A stretch of 55,739 nt of DNA, from contig JBBJMB010000001.1 in the NCBI GenBank assembly GCA_037719755.1, positions 1 to 55,739 of the forward strand. The letters are read 5' to 3'. The stretch is from Pyrinomonadaceae bacterium (GTDB lineage: Bacteria; Acidobacteriota; Blastocatellia; Pyrinomonadales; Pyrinomonadaceae). The translations under genes were made by a program, and so were the position numbers. The notes beneath the pieces were generated by a model. The model ran no database searches and had not been told where the DNA came from. It saw only the letters and a list, made by a program, of their open reading frames with translations. Below are positions 16,651-28,190 of this stretch, one piece after another (within the stretch, counting starts at the first letter, position 1; each line of letters begins with the position of its first letter).

Positions 16651-17635
16651 TCAGATTCCTTTTTGCGCGATGTACTTGATCAGGTCGCGCACGCGGCACG
16701 AATAGCCCCACTCGTTGTCGTACCACGACAGCACTTTCACCAAGCGGCCGCCGATGACCTTGGTGTATTCGGCGTCGACAATCGAGGAGTTTGGGTTTTT
16801 GCGATAATCCACGGAAACCAGCGGTTCTTCCGAAAAGGCGAGGATGCCGCGCAACTCCTCGTGGGCCGCGTCTTTCAAAGTGCGGTTGACTTCCTCCGTA
16901 GAGGTTTCCTTTTCGACCTGCATGACCACATCCACGAGAGAAACGTTCGGCGTGGGCACGCGCACGCTGATGCCGTCGAACTTGCCTTTAAGCTCCGGCA
17001 ACACAAGCGCCAGCCTCGCGGCGCCCGTCGAAGTGGGAATCATGGAGAGCGGCGGCGCGGGCGCGACGCAAATCTTTGTGCGGCAACCAAGCAACTGCTG
17101 ATCGTTTGTGTACGAGTGGAGGCGGGGTGATGCCGAACTTTCGTGAATCACTTTCGCAATCGGGGCCAAACAGTTGGTGGTAAGAAGCGTTGGAGAGAAT
17201 GTGGTGGGCGGCCGCATCGTACTTGTCTTCGTTGACGCCGAGCACAATGGTAATGTCTTCGTTTTTCGCCGGCGACGAGATGATAACTTTCTTAACGGTG
17301 CCGCGCAGGTGTTTGCGCGCGTCTTCGGCGTTGGTGAAGCGGCCCGTAGATTCGATCACCACTTCGGCGCCCACCGATTCCCAGTTGATGGCGGCCGGAT
17401 CTTTTTCTTTGAAAACCTGAAACTCATCACGACCCACCTTAATGGTGTTTTCCGTCGCCGTCACTTCTTCTTCCAAATTGCCGAGCAGCGAATCGTATTT
17501 GAGCAGATGCGAGAGCGTTTTGGTGTCGGTCAAATCATTGACCGCGACGAAATCGAGCTCCGCATCGCCGATCGCCGTGCGCAGCACGTTGCGGCCGATG
17601 CGCCCGAACCCATTGATGCCTACTTTGACTGCCAT
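16651..17635 (-). CDS. gap: Type I glyceraldehyde-3-phosphate dehydrogenase; several clustered frame disruptions at about 17040..17200
   Basis: The N-terminal ORF carries INGFGRIGR. The C-terminal ORF carries (S)CTTNCLAPIAKVIHE, HSYTNDQQLL, IPTSTGAA and WYDNEWGYS. KFGI and PHKDLRRARAAAL are readable only in another frame. Confidence 0.85.
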
Positions 17636-17807
17636 ACCGGATGCCTCCTCAAGATGATGACCGAAACCTCGCCGCTTAAATAGCTGAACGCCTCTACGAC
17701 GAGAAAATCAAAATTATTAAAAAGAATGGGCAAGATAAGCTTCAAGCGTGCGCACTGTCAAGCCGGACACCGTTTAGCCGAGGGTCTCCTCGTTCTCGAG
17801 TGCGAAT

Positions 17808-17912
17808 TCTCTGCGACTCTCTCTTGTCTTTTCTCTGTGATGCTCTGTGTTTAAGTGAGACTTACTTAAACACAGAGCATCACAGAGAAAAGACAAGAGA
17901 GAGTCGCAGAGA
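17808..17912. repeat. Perfect 49-bp-arm palindrome with GTTTAAGT-loop-ACTTAAAC core
   Basis: Positions 17808..17856 are the exact reverse complement of 17864..17912, with a 7-nt loop GAGACTT. Lies in the divergent gap / TolC intergenic region. Confidence 0.95.
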
Positions 17913-18034
17913 GAAGCAAAAGGCGATGGATGTTTTTGAAACTCGCCTCCCCCGCGCGACGTAGTAGCCTTTTGATCGCGTCCTTAATCAAACACCGTTA
18001 CTTACCAGCCAAAAACGAGGAAAAGAGAATTTTC

Positions 18035-20168
18035 ATGCATTCCGGTCGAAGTTTTCGTGGAATCCGCACGCTCGGCGCGCTGTTGCTCATCATCTCCATA
18101 GTTCCAGTTCCAATTATCCAAGCGCAAACCACCACCACGCCTCCGGCCAAAGGCCGGCCAGGCAAGACGCGACGCGGCCGCCGGGCGCACCCAGGCCGTC
18201 GCCTCAAGCGCCTCCGAGTTCCGCCACCGAAGGGCCCGAACCTTCGCCGCGCGCGCCAGCGGGCCCGCCTGCTCCCGGTGTGGCTTCCCCGCTTAACCCG
18301 CAGCCTGCGACGCCGGGGCAGAGCCAGCAACAGCCGCAGCCTTCGTCGGGCGCGCCGCCCAATCAATCGCCAGTGAATCCCCAAATCGACCAGCCGCTTG
18401 ACATGCAGCAGTTCACGCAAGACCCGACCATCACGTCGCTTGAAGCTCGACCCGTGCCGCCGCCTCCTTCGCTCGTGCGCCTTGGCGTTTCGAGCGACAA
18501 TCAGTTGTCGCTCACTTTGAACGAGGCCATCCGGCTCGCCCTGGAGAACAACAATGATATCGAAGTCGCACGCAATGACGTGCGCTTCGCCGAGACCGTG
18601 CTCACCTCACTGCAGGGCTTCTACGACCCGGTTTTCGTTTTGACGCCGCAAGTCACGCGCTCGTCACGGCCCGTGACGTCTGTGCTCTCCGGCGGCAACC
18701 AATCGGGCACGGTGTCTCAAACAGACTTCGAGCTGAACCCGGGATTGAGCAAAAACTTTGAGATCGGCGGCGGTCAATACCAGTTTTTCTACAACAATTT
18801 GCGGCAGAACACGACCTCTACATTTAGCAATTTGAACCCGATTTACTCTTCGAGCCTTGGCGTGACCTTTACGCAGCCGCTTTGGCGCGACCGTTCAATT
18901 GACCGCCAGCGCCGCGAGATTCGCGTGCAGCGCAAGCGCATAGAGCAATCGGATGCCGATTTTCGCCGCTTGACGACGGAAACCATTGCGCGCGTGCAGG
19001 CGGCTTACTGGGATTTGGTTTTCGCACTGCGTGAGCAGCAAAACCGTGGTTCGGGTTTAGAGCTGGTGCGCCAGCAGTTTCGTTTAACAGAGGCGCGCGT
19101 CGCAGCCGGAGCGGCGCTCCGCTTGAGCGCGCAGAGGTGCAAACGGAGCTGGCCAGCCGCGAATCGGATTTGCTGTCCGCGACGCGGCAGGTGGCTATCG
19201 CCGAGAACACGCTGAAACAATTAATTCTGCGCGATCCGCTGGCGAAAGAATGGTCCGCGATTGTGACGCCGACGGATGAACCCACCTTCGATACGGCGCC
19301 CGTTAATCTCGAAGGCGCGCTGGTCGAAGCGCGCACCAACCGCCAGGAATTGCGCCGCCTCCGCCTCCAAAATGAAATCACCGATATAGACATTAATTAC
19401 TACGGCAACCAAACGAAGCCGCGGATAGACATTCAGTCAACTCTTTCGACGAACGGCCTGGCCGGCACAGCGGTCGCTGCGAGCGGCATCGGCGCCGGCG
19501 GCGTCGTCACCACGCCGGGCGGCGGCGTCACACCGATTGACGGCCAAGTGCCGATCATCATCGGCGACCCGACCATCAACGCTAATGCCTTTTTGCTGCA
19601 ACAAATCAACCAATTGCGGGCTTTGCAGGGACTTGAGACGGCCCTTATTCCCGGCGTCACGCCCGAGGCCGGCAATACGATTCCGCCGAATTTGATTGGC
19701 AGCTACGGCCGCTCGACGCGCAATCTGTTCGGCTTCGACACCGGCACCATCGCCGTTGGCGTGACGATTCAAATTCCGCTGCGTAACCGCACAGCGGAAG
19801 CGAATCTGGCCGGCGCACGCATCCAGAAAACGCAATTGGAAGCCAACACACGCGCGCAAGAGCAAACGGTTGAGGTCGAAGTGAGAAACGCCGCGCAGTC
19901 TGTGGAGACCGCGCGGCGCGTGGTGCTTTCGGCGCGCTCGCAGCGGCAAAACGCGGAGCTGCAATTGGCCGGCGAGCGCCGTCTGTTCCAGGTCGGGCGC
20001 TCGACGACGTTTCTCGTCTTTCAGCGCGAAAATCAATTAACGCAGTCGCGCGCGCTCGAACTGAGGGCGCAAACCGACTACAACAAAGCGCTCGCCGAAC
20101 TGCAACGCGTGACCTCGACCACACTGCGACTTAACAATGTGGTGGTCGAAACGCTGACTTCTAAATAA
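18035..20168 (+). CDS. TolC-family outer membrane efflux protein with Pro/Gln-rich N-terminal linker; at least 2 frameshifts (about 18150..18300 and about 19130..19215)
   Basis: ATG at 18035 gives the signal peptide MHSGRSFRGIRTLGALLLIISIVPVPIIQAQ. ORFs 18280..19215 and 19137..20168 carry two TolC-like repeats (LTLNEAIRLALENNNDIEVAR...; ...DYNKALAELQRVTSTTL). Confidence 0.75.
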
Positions 20169-20192
20169 ACGATCACCTTATTAAAAATTAAA

Positions 20193-20224
20193 AAGGGGAG
20201 GGCTCTTTCAGCCTTCCCCTTTTC
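20193..20224 (+). terminator. Rho-independent terminator after the TolC-like gene
   Basis: GGGGAGGGC-tctttca-GCCTTCCCC (one G-U pair) followed by TTTT, 25 nt after the stop codon. Confidence 0.7.
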
Positions 20225-20252
20225 AATGTCAGCAGATGATCTCCAAGCACAT

Positions 20253-20342
20253 GTCCGACAATCTAAAGATTGTCGCTTCAGCCCCGTCAGAAATCAAGCT
20301 TCACGGCTTGGGATGAACGCGACAATCTAAAGATTGTCGGAC
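20253..20342. repeat. MITE-like 90-bp element, copy A
   Basis: Terminal inverted repeats GTCCGACAATCTAAAGATTGTCG, each itself a palindrome. The reverse complement of copy B (33296..33387) shares both termini and the internal CTTCAGCCCCGTCAGAAATCAAGCTTC. Confidence 0.85.
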
Positions 20343-20360
20343 ACTCTGCAATTTTCTTTT

Positions 20361-22673
20361 AGTTATGCACGTGGAACGGTACGCCTTCGTTGCTCATTTC
20401 GGGATGGAGGCGTAAGAACTCGTTGGCGGTGCTCAAAGCGCCGGGATCGTCCTTTTGATCGGCGAAGATTTTGGCCGCTTTCTTAGCTTCGGCCTTTAAG
20501 CCAAGCTTTTGATAGATGAGCATCAGATTGTAGTACGAGCCGGTGTCTTCGGGATCAATCTTAAGGATCTGCTCGTAAATGCCCGCGCCGCGGTGTAATC
20601 GCGCTTGATTTTAGACAATTCGCCGAGCTGTTGCAGGAAACGCGGTCGCGCGGAAAAGCCTCAACGATGCGCCGCAAATCAGTCTCGGCTTCGGCGAGTT
20701 TTCCGCGCCTGATGAGAATGCGCGAGCGCTGGAAAACGCCGCGCCAGTTCTGCGGATTACCCTTGACGACGGCGTCAAATCTCAAACGCATCGTCAAATC
20801 GGTCAAGCTCAATCAAGGCCATCGCGCGATTCACTTTGGCGGTCGGACGATAAGCCTCGTCCAACTCCGCCGCGCGCGCGAACGCTTCGGCTGCGGGCGC
20901 AAATTGCCGCAAATCCAAAAGCGCGATGCCGTAGTTGTTCCAGCGCCTCCAATCGGGCATGCCTTTGCCCGGCACGGGCGCCAGGGGCTGGTTTTCCCCG
21001 ATCTTCATTTCGTACTCGGTGGTGGCCATCGTCACCACGGGGAAATCAACCGAGTGGCCGAGCACATAATCGCTAACGACGCGCGTAACACGACGGTAGC
21101 GCATGCGCGCGCTCAATTTGAGCGGCCCCTGCGCGTCGCGCGGCACGGTGAACGCATAGCGGGCCATGTCAGACCGGCCCGAAGGAATCTGGTTATTGCT
21201 CGCGATCACGCGTGTTTGCCAAATCTCGTGTTTGTCGTTGTAGGATCCGTCCGACTTGACCAGATAACTCTTATAATTGTGCGCCGAGTCATCGAGAAAA
21301 CCGTCGGGCTTAATAAAACCCGATTGATAGACGACTTTGCCCGCTTCGTCTCGCGCCGTAAATTCGACGTAAGCCTCATAGAAATCGCGCAACTCGGGCG
21401 GAAACGAGTGGCCTATATTTTTGTTGGTGATGACCACATCGGCGATTAATTGGTCGCCAGGCTGAATGTTGAATTGGCTGCGGTTAAGCGGCGCCACAAT
21501 TTGTTCGGCCTGCTCGGCTGTTGTGGCCTTGCGCCGGATGGCGAAGATATCTATGCCGAGGGCGTCGTTTTCCAAAAACTTGGTCACCTCGGCGAGCTGC
21601 TCCGTGTAGCCGTAGAATGCGGGGATAGCTGTATTGGCGGCCGCCCATCTGTGCCCGGTGATTTTTCCTTTTTTGGCCGAAACATCGCTAAAAGGCGCGG
21701 CAACGCTTTGCATATGGCAGGAGTTGCAGCTTTCCTTGTCGCGCACGTAAAACGGGTGCGGCGATTCCTTGGAGAAAGAGGATTGCTGAAACTCATCGTA
21801 AACGGCAAAGGCGCGCAAGAATTTATAGTCGTTTAATTCGCGCGGCACCTGTGATTTGTGGCAGGCGGCGCAAAACTCAGCCGACTTCAAGAGCGGTCTC
21901 ATCATCGCGCGGCGATGCGACGGCACGTCGTCCATAATCTGCTTGTCTGCGACGTCAAGCAATCTCGTGCCGTCTTCTTTCACCAGCAGCGCAGGCTCGG
22001 CAATGGTGTAGCCGCCGATGCCGCGGTTTTCAGCCGACTGAATCGAATGGCAGACGATGCAAGACACGCCGTCGTCGTCAAACGGGCGCTTGAAACTGGC
22101 GCTCTTGGTGAGGGCGCCCGAGAAAAGCGCGGCCGGGTTGTGGCACGATTCACAGTGGCGCGTATTTTCAATACCGCGCTGCTGAATCAAATCATTGACG
22201 TTTTTGGTAAAAGGCTCGCGAAAAGCGTTGGCGTGCGTTGACTGACGCCACTGCGCGTGCGAATCGGTGTGGCACTGGGCGCAACGTGTGGCGGGAATAA
22301 ATTTCTCGGCGGCGATAAAGGTGCCGGTCGTAGTTTTCGCATTTCCCGGCGCAAAAGGATTATCGCCAAATGGCAAAGAGTAATCTTTTGAACTCTTCAC
22401 GTCGGTCGCGAGACCGTGAGCGGCGGCCGTGAGCGCCACCTTTTGCACGCGAGGCGGCGCATCCCTGATTACCTGCTTTTTGGTTGGAGCGGGCTTTTTG
22501 CTGGCGGCGACCGGAATTTCGGCTAAAAAAACAATCGCACCGAACGCCAGAAATAGCAGGACGACGCCGTACTTAATGAAATTAATTCGCCGCAGGTGAG
22601 ACGTAGAAGATTTCGTGCTCATTATAGTTTCGGTCAACCGCTTGCGCGTAAAGAGTGTCGACGCCGTACCCAA
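20361..22673 (-). CDS. Multiheme c-type cytochrome (5 CXXCH) fused to C-terminal TPR repeats; several frameshifts in the last ~450 nt
   Basis: ORF 20775..22673 has an N-terminal TM/signal anchor and CAQCH, CESCH, CIVCH, CAACH, CNSCH. TPR-like text continues in other frames (ORF 20561..20812; ...IYEQILKIDPEDTGSYYNLMLIYQKLGLKAEAKKAAKIF...) down to the stop at 20361. Confidence 0.7.
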
Positions 22674-22741
22674 ACAAAATCGCTTTCAATATAACGTGAA
22701 TGACCGCTTCAATTCAAACCGAGGCGCTTTCTCGCAACTTC

Positions 22742-22834
22742 ATCTCCCTTTGCGTTTTTTCTTTGCGCTTCTCTGCGTTTAGGTGAGACTGACTTAAACG
22801 CAAAGCGGCGCAAAGAAAAAACGCAAAGGGAGAT
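22742..22834. repeat. Palindromic element of the TTTAAGT/ACTTAAA-core family
   Basis: The left end ATCTCCCTTTGCG (from 22742) pairs with the right end CGCAAAGGGAGAT (to 22834), and the arms match except for a few internal mismatches. The centre is GCGTTTAGGT-gagactg-ACTTAAACGC. Confidence 0.85.
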
Positions 22835-23052
22835 TAGCTTTGAGCTCGAGGTCGCGCGCGAGTATAGATGAGTTTCTCGATTGGCGACTCCACCCTAAGT
22901 TGGAGCGCGGCGTAAATCCTTAGATGGTTGCTGTGAACGAGCTGTGGCTTTAATTTGTTTCCCAAGCGATTACCGCCATTCCCAACAGTAATTAACATCT
23001 GAAGTTTTACAAATCGAGCGCCGCTTGATTTGAGTCTGGAGTTCCAAGCTAC

Positions 23053-26000
23053 ATGATCCGCTTGATCTTTCCCTGCCACCGGGTTTTGCCGGCCTGCGCG
23101 CTGGTTTTGTTCCTTTATGTTTGTGCTTTTTCGCAGTTAACGGCGGCCGGCTTGCGCGGCAGCGTCGCGGATGCGAACGGCAATGTCGTGACCGCATCAC
23201 CCGTGGTCGCGAAAAACGAAGAGACGGGTCTGACGCGCACCACCACAACGGACGATGACGGCGCCTTTTTGCTCGCCGGTTTGGCGCCCGGCACTTACAC
23301 GATTTACGTCCGCGTGGTCGGCTTCAAAACTTACGAGAATCGCTCGCTCAAGCTCAACACGGGTCAGACCACGGATCTTAAGATTCGTTTGGAAATAGGC
23401 GAAGTGCAAGAGACCGTGGATGTTTTGGCCGGCGGCGGCGCGGCCAGCGTTTCCAGCGAGGCGCGATTGTTTGACGCGCTCGATCAGAAAAACATTTCAA
23501 ATTTGCCGCTTCCGCAACGCGACATATTTCTGCTGACCAAATTGAGCGCCGGCGCCACTTTTATTCCCGGCGCGGCCAATTCGACGAAGCTCACCAATTC
23601 CCCTGTCGTCACCGTGAACGGCAATCGCTATCGCGGCAACAACTATGTGCTCGACGGCGCGATGAACACCAATCCGAACAACACGGGCGAGCCGGCGCTG
23701 GTGCCAAGCGTAGACTCGGTCGAAGAGGTGCAAGTTCAAACCCTTAATTTCTCCAGCGAGTTCGGGCGCGGCAACGGCGCGGTGATCAACATTCAAACCA
23801 AGTCGGGCACCAATCAATTTCACGGTCGATTGTGGGAGTTTCACCGCAACGCGGCGGCCAACGCGCGCAATTTCTTTGCCACCGCACGCACGCCGCTCGT
23901 CTTTAACCAATTCGGCGGCAATATCGGCGGCCCCATTTTCAAGGACAAAACGTTTTTCTTCGGCTCCTACGAAGGCACGCGCAACGCCCTCGGCCGCGCT
24001 TACGCGTTTCAAGTTGAAACGCCGGAGTTTCGCGATTATGTTTTCCGCACCGCTCCCGCAAGCGTCGCCGCCCGCTTGCTCGAACAGTACCCCGCGCCCG
24101 CACCGCTGCTTGCCAGCTCAGGCGGCGCCAATCGCTACGTAGACCAAAGAAACCTAACCACCGCCGAGGGCGTGATTCCGGCCATCGGGCGCGCCGCCGT
24201 GACGATCAATGATTACGCCAGATTCGATCAGTATCTGGTTCGCTTGGATCACACTTTTAACGGCGGAGCCGACAAAATCTCGGGTCGCTGGATCGCCGAG
24301 TACCAAAAAGATGAGGGCGGCACGAGTTCGGCGCAAGCGACTTTGGGGCGCGCGTTGCGCGGCAGCCGCGGGCCGTTTGACGGCCTTTTCGCCAACTTAA
24401 ACTTGGGCTACGATCATGTTTTCGCGCGCGCCGTGAACGACGCGCGCTTTTCTTTTCAGTACATCAGCACGGCCCGCGGAGCCGAGGACGCGATCGTGCC
24501 CACGATCACCATCACGGGCGTGACCGCTCCGTTCGGAGATGTTTTCAAGTCGGACACGCGGCTGCGCACATACGAATTCAGAGATACGCTCACGCTCGAC
24601 CGCGGCAAACACGCGATTCGGCTCGGCGTCGAGGCGCGGCGCATCTTCAAAGGTCTCTCCATCGGAGAGCCCGACGCGGGAACCTTTCTCTTTAGCAGCA
24701 TCGCGGACTTTGCCCTTGATAGACCGTTTCGCCAAACGCTTACCGTCAGCCCCAGTACGGGAGAACCGACGAATTTTCCGCGTTACTTTACCTTCTACGA
24801 AAGCGGCCTGTTTATTCAAGACGATTGGAGGGTCAACTCGCGCCTGAACATAAATCTGGGTCTCAGGCACGATTACTTCGGCACCGCGAGTGAGCGCGAC
24901 GATCGTCTTTCGTCGATCATCCTTGGCACAGGCAACAGTTTTGAGGAGCAATTGGCGAACGCAGCAATTGGGCGCGTGGAGCGCCTTTATCAGCCGGAAA
25001 AGACAAACTTTTCGCCGCGCGTGGGTGTGGCTTTTGATCCGATTGGCGACGCCACGACGTCTGTTCGGGCCGGCTTCAGCATGGCCTACCAGCCGCATCA
25101 CGGACAGTCTATTAATGGCGCACGCGCTTTGCCGCCCGACGCCATCCAGGGCGTGGTGCAGCCGGGCAATAGAATCGGCACCCATTCTCTATGACATCCG
25201 TTCCCTTTAACGCCGAATTCGCGCGCGGCCTTAATCCCCAGGGCGGCGTCGTCAGCCGTCCCGGCGAGCCGGCCATTCGCACCACCGGATTCGTGGTCAA
25301 CCCGGACATCAAAACGCAATACACGGAAAGCTGGTTTTTGAACGCGCAACGCGAATTAACCAAAGGCTGGGTGGCGGAAATCGGGTACGTCGGCACAACG
25401 GGCATCAACCTCGAACGCATCGACGACGTGAATCGCTTGACGGGCGATTTGCTCGACGGCAGAGAAGACCGCATCAATAAAAATTTCGGCGTGCTGCTCT
25501 TTGTCACAAACGGCGTCACCTCAAGTTTTCAAGCGATGACGGCCGAGCTCAGACGCTCGTTTGCGAGCGGCGTTTCGTTCCAAACCAATTACCGCTGGTC
25601 GAAGTGGCTCGACACTTCTTCCGACACATCGACCGGGCAATTTCAGGACAATTCCGAGCCCGGCAAAGGAGCGGCCGAAATCAGTTGCTTGCGCTGCGAG
25701 CGCGCGCGGTCGCTCTTTGATATTCCTCATCGCTTTTCGGCTTCGGTGCTGTGGGCGCCGCAATTTTTCCGCGGCGACGCGAATTTGATTTCCAAATTTT
25801 TGGATGATTGGCAATTGTCGACCATCGTAACGGCGCAATCGGGCCGTCCGTTCTCCGTGTGGAACGGCGCGCCGGCCACGATCAGAAGAGACGCCGGCGG
25901 CCAGATCATCGGGTTCGACGGCGGCGACTATAATCTGGATGGCGGCGGGGGCGCCGTCGGCGGCGGTTTTTATGACCGGCCGAACGCTCCGAGCGCCGGA

Positions 26001-26327
26001 GTGGTTGATTCGTCATTCAGTCGTGCGGATTATCTGAACGGGCTTTTCGACGCCAGCATCTTCGCAAAACCCGCGCCCGGTCAAAACGGCACGCTCGGGC
26101 GCAACACTTATCGCGGCCCGCGCTATGTGACGTTTGACTTCGCGCTGTCGAGAAGCTTTACTGTGAAGGCCGAGAAGCAATTGCAGCTTAGGCTGGAAGC
26201 CTTCAACGCCTTTAACAACGTCAATCTCTTTTTACCGAACGCGGATCTTTCGGTTTCCAACTTCGGCAAATCAACTCAAGCGTTCGAGCCGCGCACGCTG
26301 CAGGGCGGCGTCCGCTTCATTTTTTAG
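23053..26327 (+). CDS. TonB-dependent receptor with N-terminal carboxypeptidase-regulatory-like domain; one frameshift near 25180
   Basis: ORFs 23053..25194 and 25191..26327. The N-terminus GLRGSVADANGNVVTASPVVAKNEETGLTRTTTTDDDGAFLLAGLAPGTYTIYV is CarboxypepD_reg-like, and the C-terminus ends ...LQGGVRFIF (terminal aromatic). The junction ggcaccc-attc reads ...GNRIGT/PFSMTSVPFNAEF if one C is added to a C-run. Confidence 0.8.
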
Positions 26328-26338
26328 AAGGACCTGAT

Positions 26339-26860
26339 ATGAAGGCATTCTTCGTTTTTTTGATCACCGCGCTCGCGCTCACGGCGACGCCCGCGTTGGC
26401 GAAGCGCACGGCCGATTGGCGCGCGGCCACGGAAAAGGAACTGAAAAGCGTGATCCCGGAGCGCGCGCCGGTCGGCAAAGAGCGCATCGAGACCGAGTTC
26501 CGCACAGCTTCGGGCGTCACCGACGGCAAAGGACGATTCATCGCCGGCGTAGTGATGATCACCGCGGGCTATGAGGCGGAAGGCAAATACTCTCACTTTT
26601 TCATTACGCAGGCGCCGATCAAAATCGGTGACGTTTCGTTCGCGCCGGGCGAGTATGTCTTCGGCTATCAGCGGCTTGATTCCGAGTCGATTCGCGTGAT
26701 GTTTTACGAAGCCGCGGATGGCAAAATGGTCGGGGCGGTCAAAGCGATGATCGAAAACAAGCGCGGCCCGATTCGCTCGCTGCTGATTACCCCGCCCGGG
26801 GGCGCGCGCGCGATGATGCAGATCGGCCGATTCATTCTCGACTACAGCGTCGCCGAGTAG
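26339..26860 (+). CDS. Secreted hypothetical protein
   Basis: 173 aa. AAGGA lies 7 nt upstream of the ATG. Signal peptide MKAFFVFLITALALTATPALA. Confidence 0.65.
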   Translation: MKAFFVFLITALALTATPALAKRTADWRAATEKELKSVIPERAPVGKERIETEFRTASGVTDGKGRFIAGVVMITAGYEAEGKYSHFFITQAPIKIGDVSFAPGEYVFGYQRLDSESIRVMFYEAADGKMVGAVKAMIENKRGPIRSLLITPPGGARAMMQIGRFILDYSVAE

Positions 26861-26884
26861 CGTCGTCAATCAAGGAAGATTTTG

Positions 26885-28171
26885 ATGAAAACAAAACTAC
26901 TAATCTGCGCCGCGCTCTCACTCACCATCCACCAACTTGCGCCGTGGTGCGCGGCGCGCCTCCTCCTGAACGCGCAAACGATGCGCCCTCAATTGTTTCC
27001 GTGGCGGTGCTTAATGAACGGGCCGAGCAAAGAGTCAACGCGAAACCGCGCGTTGTTTTAGCGGCCCGATGCGCCAATATTCGGCGCCGCCGCCGCCGAG
27101 GTTCCCAATTACCTGCGGGCCCTGGCGAGCATGCCGAAGACCGTCAAGTTGTTCGCGGAATTGCTGCACGCGGCGCTTTACAAAGGGAGTGTGGCGCCGG
27201 AATTGAAAATGGCGATGGGCTTGCGCATGGCGCAAATCAACGCCAGTCCGTATGTCGCAGCGCACATGCAGCGCTTGCTGCGCGCAAGCGAGCGCGGACG
27301 CCAAGCGCTCGCGCACCTGGCAAGCGGCGCCAACAAGAGTACCGCTCCAATTGACGCGCTGGCGCTCTCGTACGCCGAATCATTGACGAGAGACGTCAAC
27401 GGAGTGAGCGACGCTGATTTTCAAAAAATTCGCGGCGCCTACAATGACTCGCAGATCGTAGAGCTGACGATGACCGTCGCCTTTTTTAATTACTTTACGC
27501 GCATGGCCGAAGCGCTCAACTTACCCGTGGAGCCGTGGGCGCTGAAGGACGGCGGCCCGCCGGCGGCGACTCCTGCTTTCACATCCCCGATGGCGCGCGT
27601 CGGTCTGATCTCTGACGAAGAGATCCGCGCGACGGGCGAAACTGCGGCGATTGCCAAAGACCCGGCCAGGCAAGTTGGCGGACTTGGCCTCGGTGTGGCC
27701 AATTCGCAGCGCGCGATGCTGCGCGCGCCTGAGTTTGCCCTCGCCTGGCGCGCTTACGGCGCCGCGGTGCGGGAGTACGCCACGGTCAATCGCGAAATGA
27801 AGCTGCACGTTTCCTTTGCCGTGTCGATGGCCAATGGTTGCCGCTACTGCACGCTGCACCAAGTCTTGGGTCTGCGCTGGGCTGATCGCCGATCGGTGGC
27901 GATGAAAAAGGACGATTCGGCGCTCACGCCGCGTGAATTAACGGCCGTGCAGTTTGCGCGCAAATTGACGCGCGAGCCTGCGGGAGTAAGCGATGCGGAC
28001 TTCGACAAGTTAAAAAGTGAGTTTGGCGAACCGGGCGCGCTCGAAGTGCTTTTGCAAACTTGCGCGTTTAGCTTTATGAACCGCTTCACCGACGCGCTGC
28101 GTTTGCCGTCCGAGGACGAAGCGATCAAGACTTACCAGGAAACGTACGGCTCCGAGTACAGCCGGCGGTAA
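26885..28171 (+). CDS. Secreted tandem carboxymuconolactone decarboxylase (AhpD-like) family protein; frameshift(s) at about 26940..27130
   Basis: ATG at 26885 gives the signal peptide MKTKLLICAALSLTIHQLAP. ORF 27131..28171 has two CMD-like halves (MAQINASPYVAAH...; MANGCRYCTLHQVLG). An upstream frame reads ...FGAAAAEVPNYLRALASMPKTVKLF. Confidence 0.6.
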
Positions 28172-28190
28172 CAGCTCAAAAGCGTCACCG

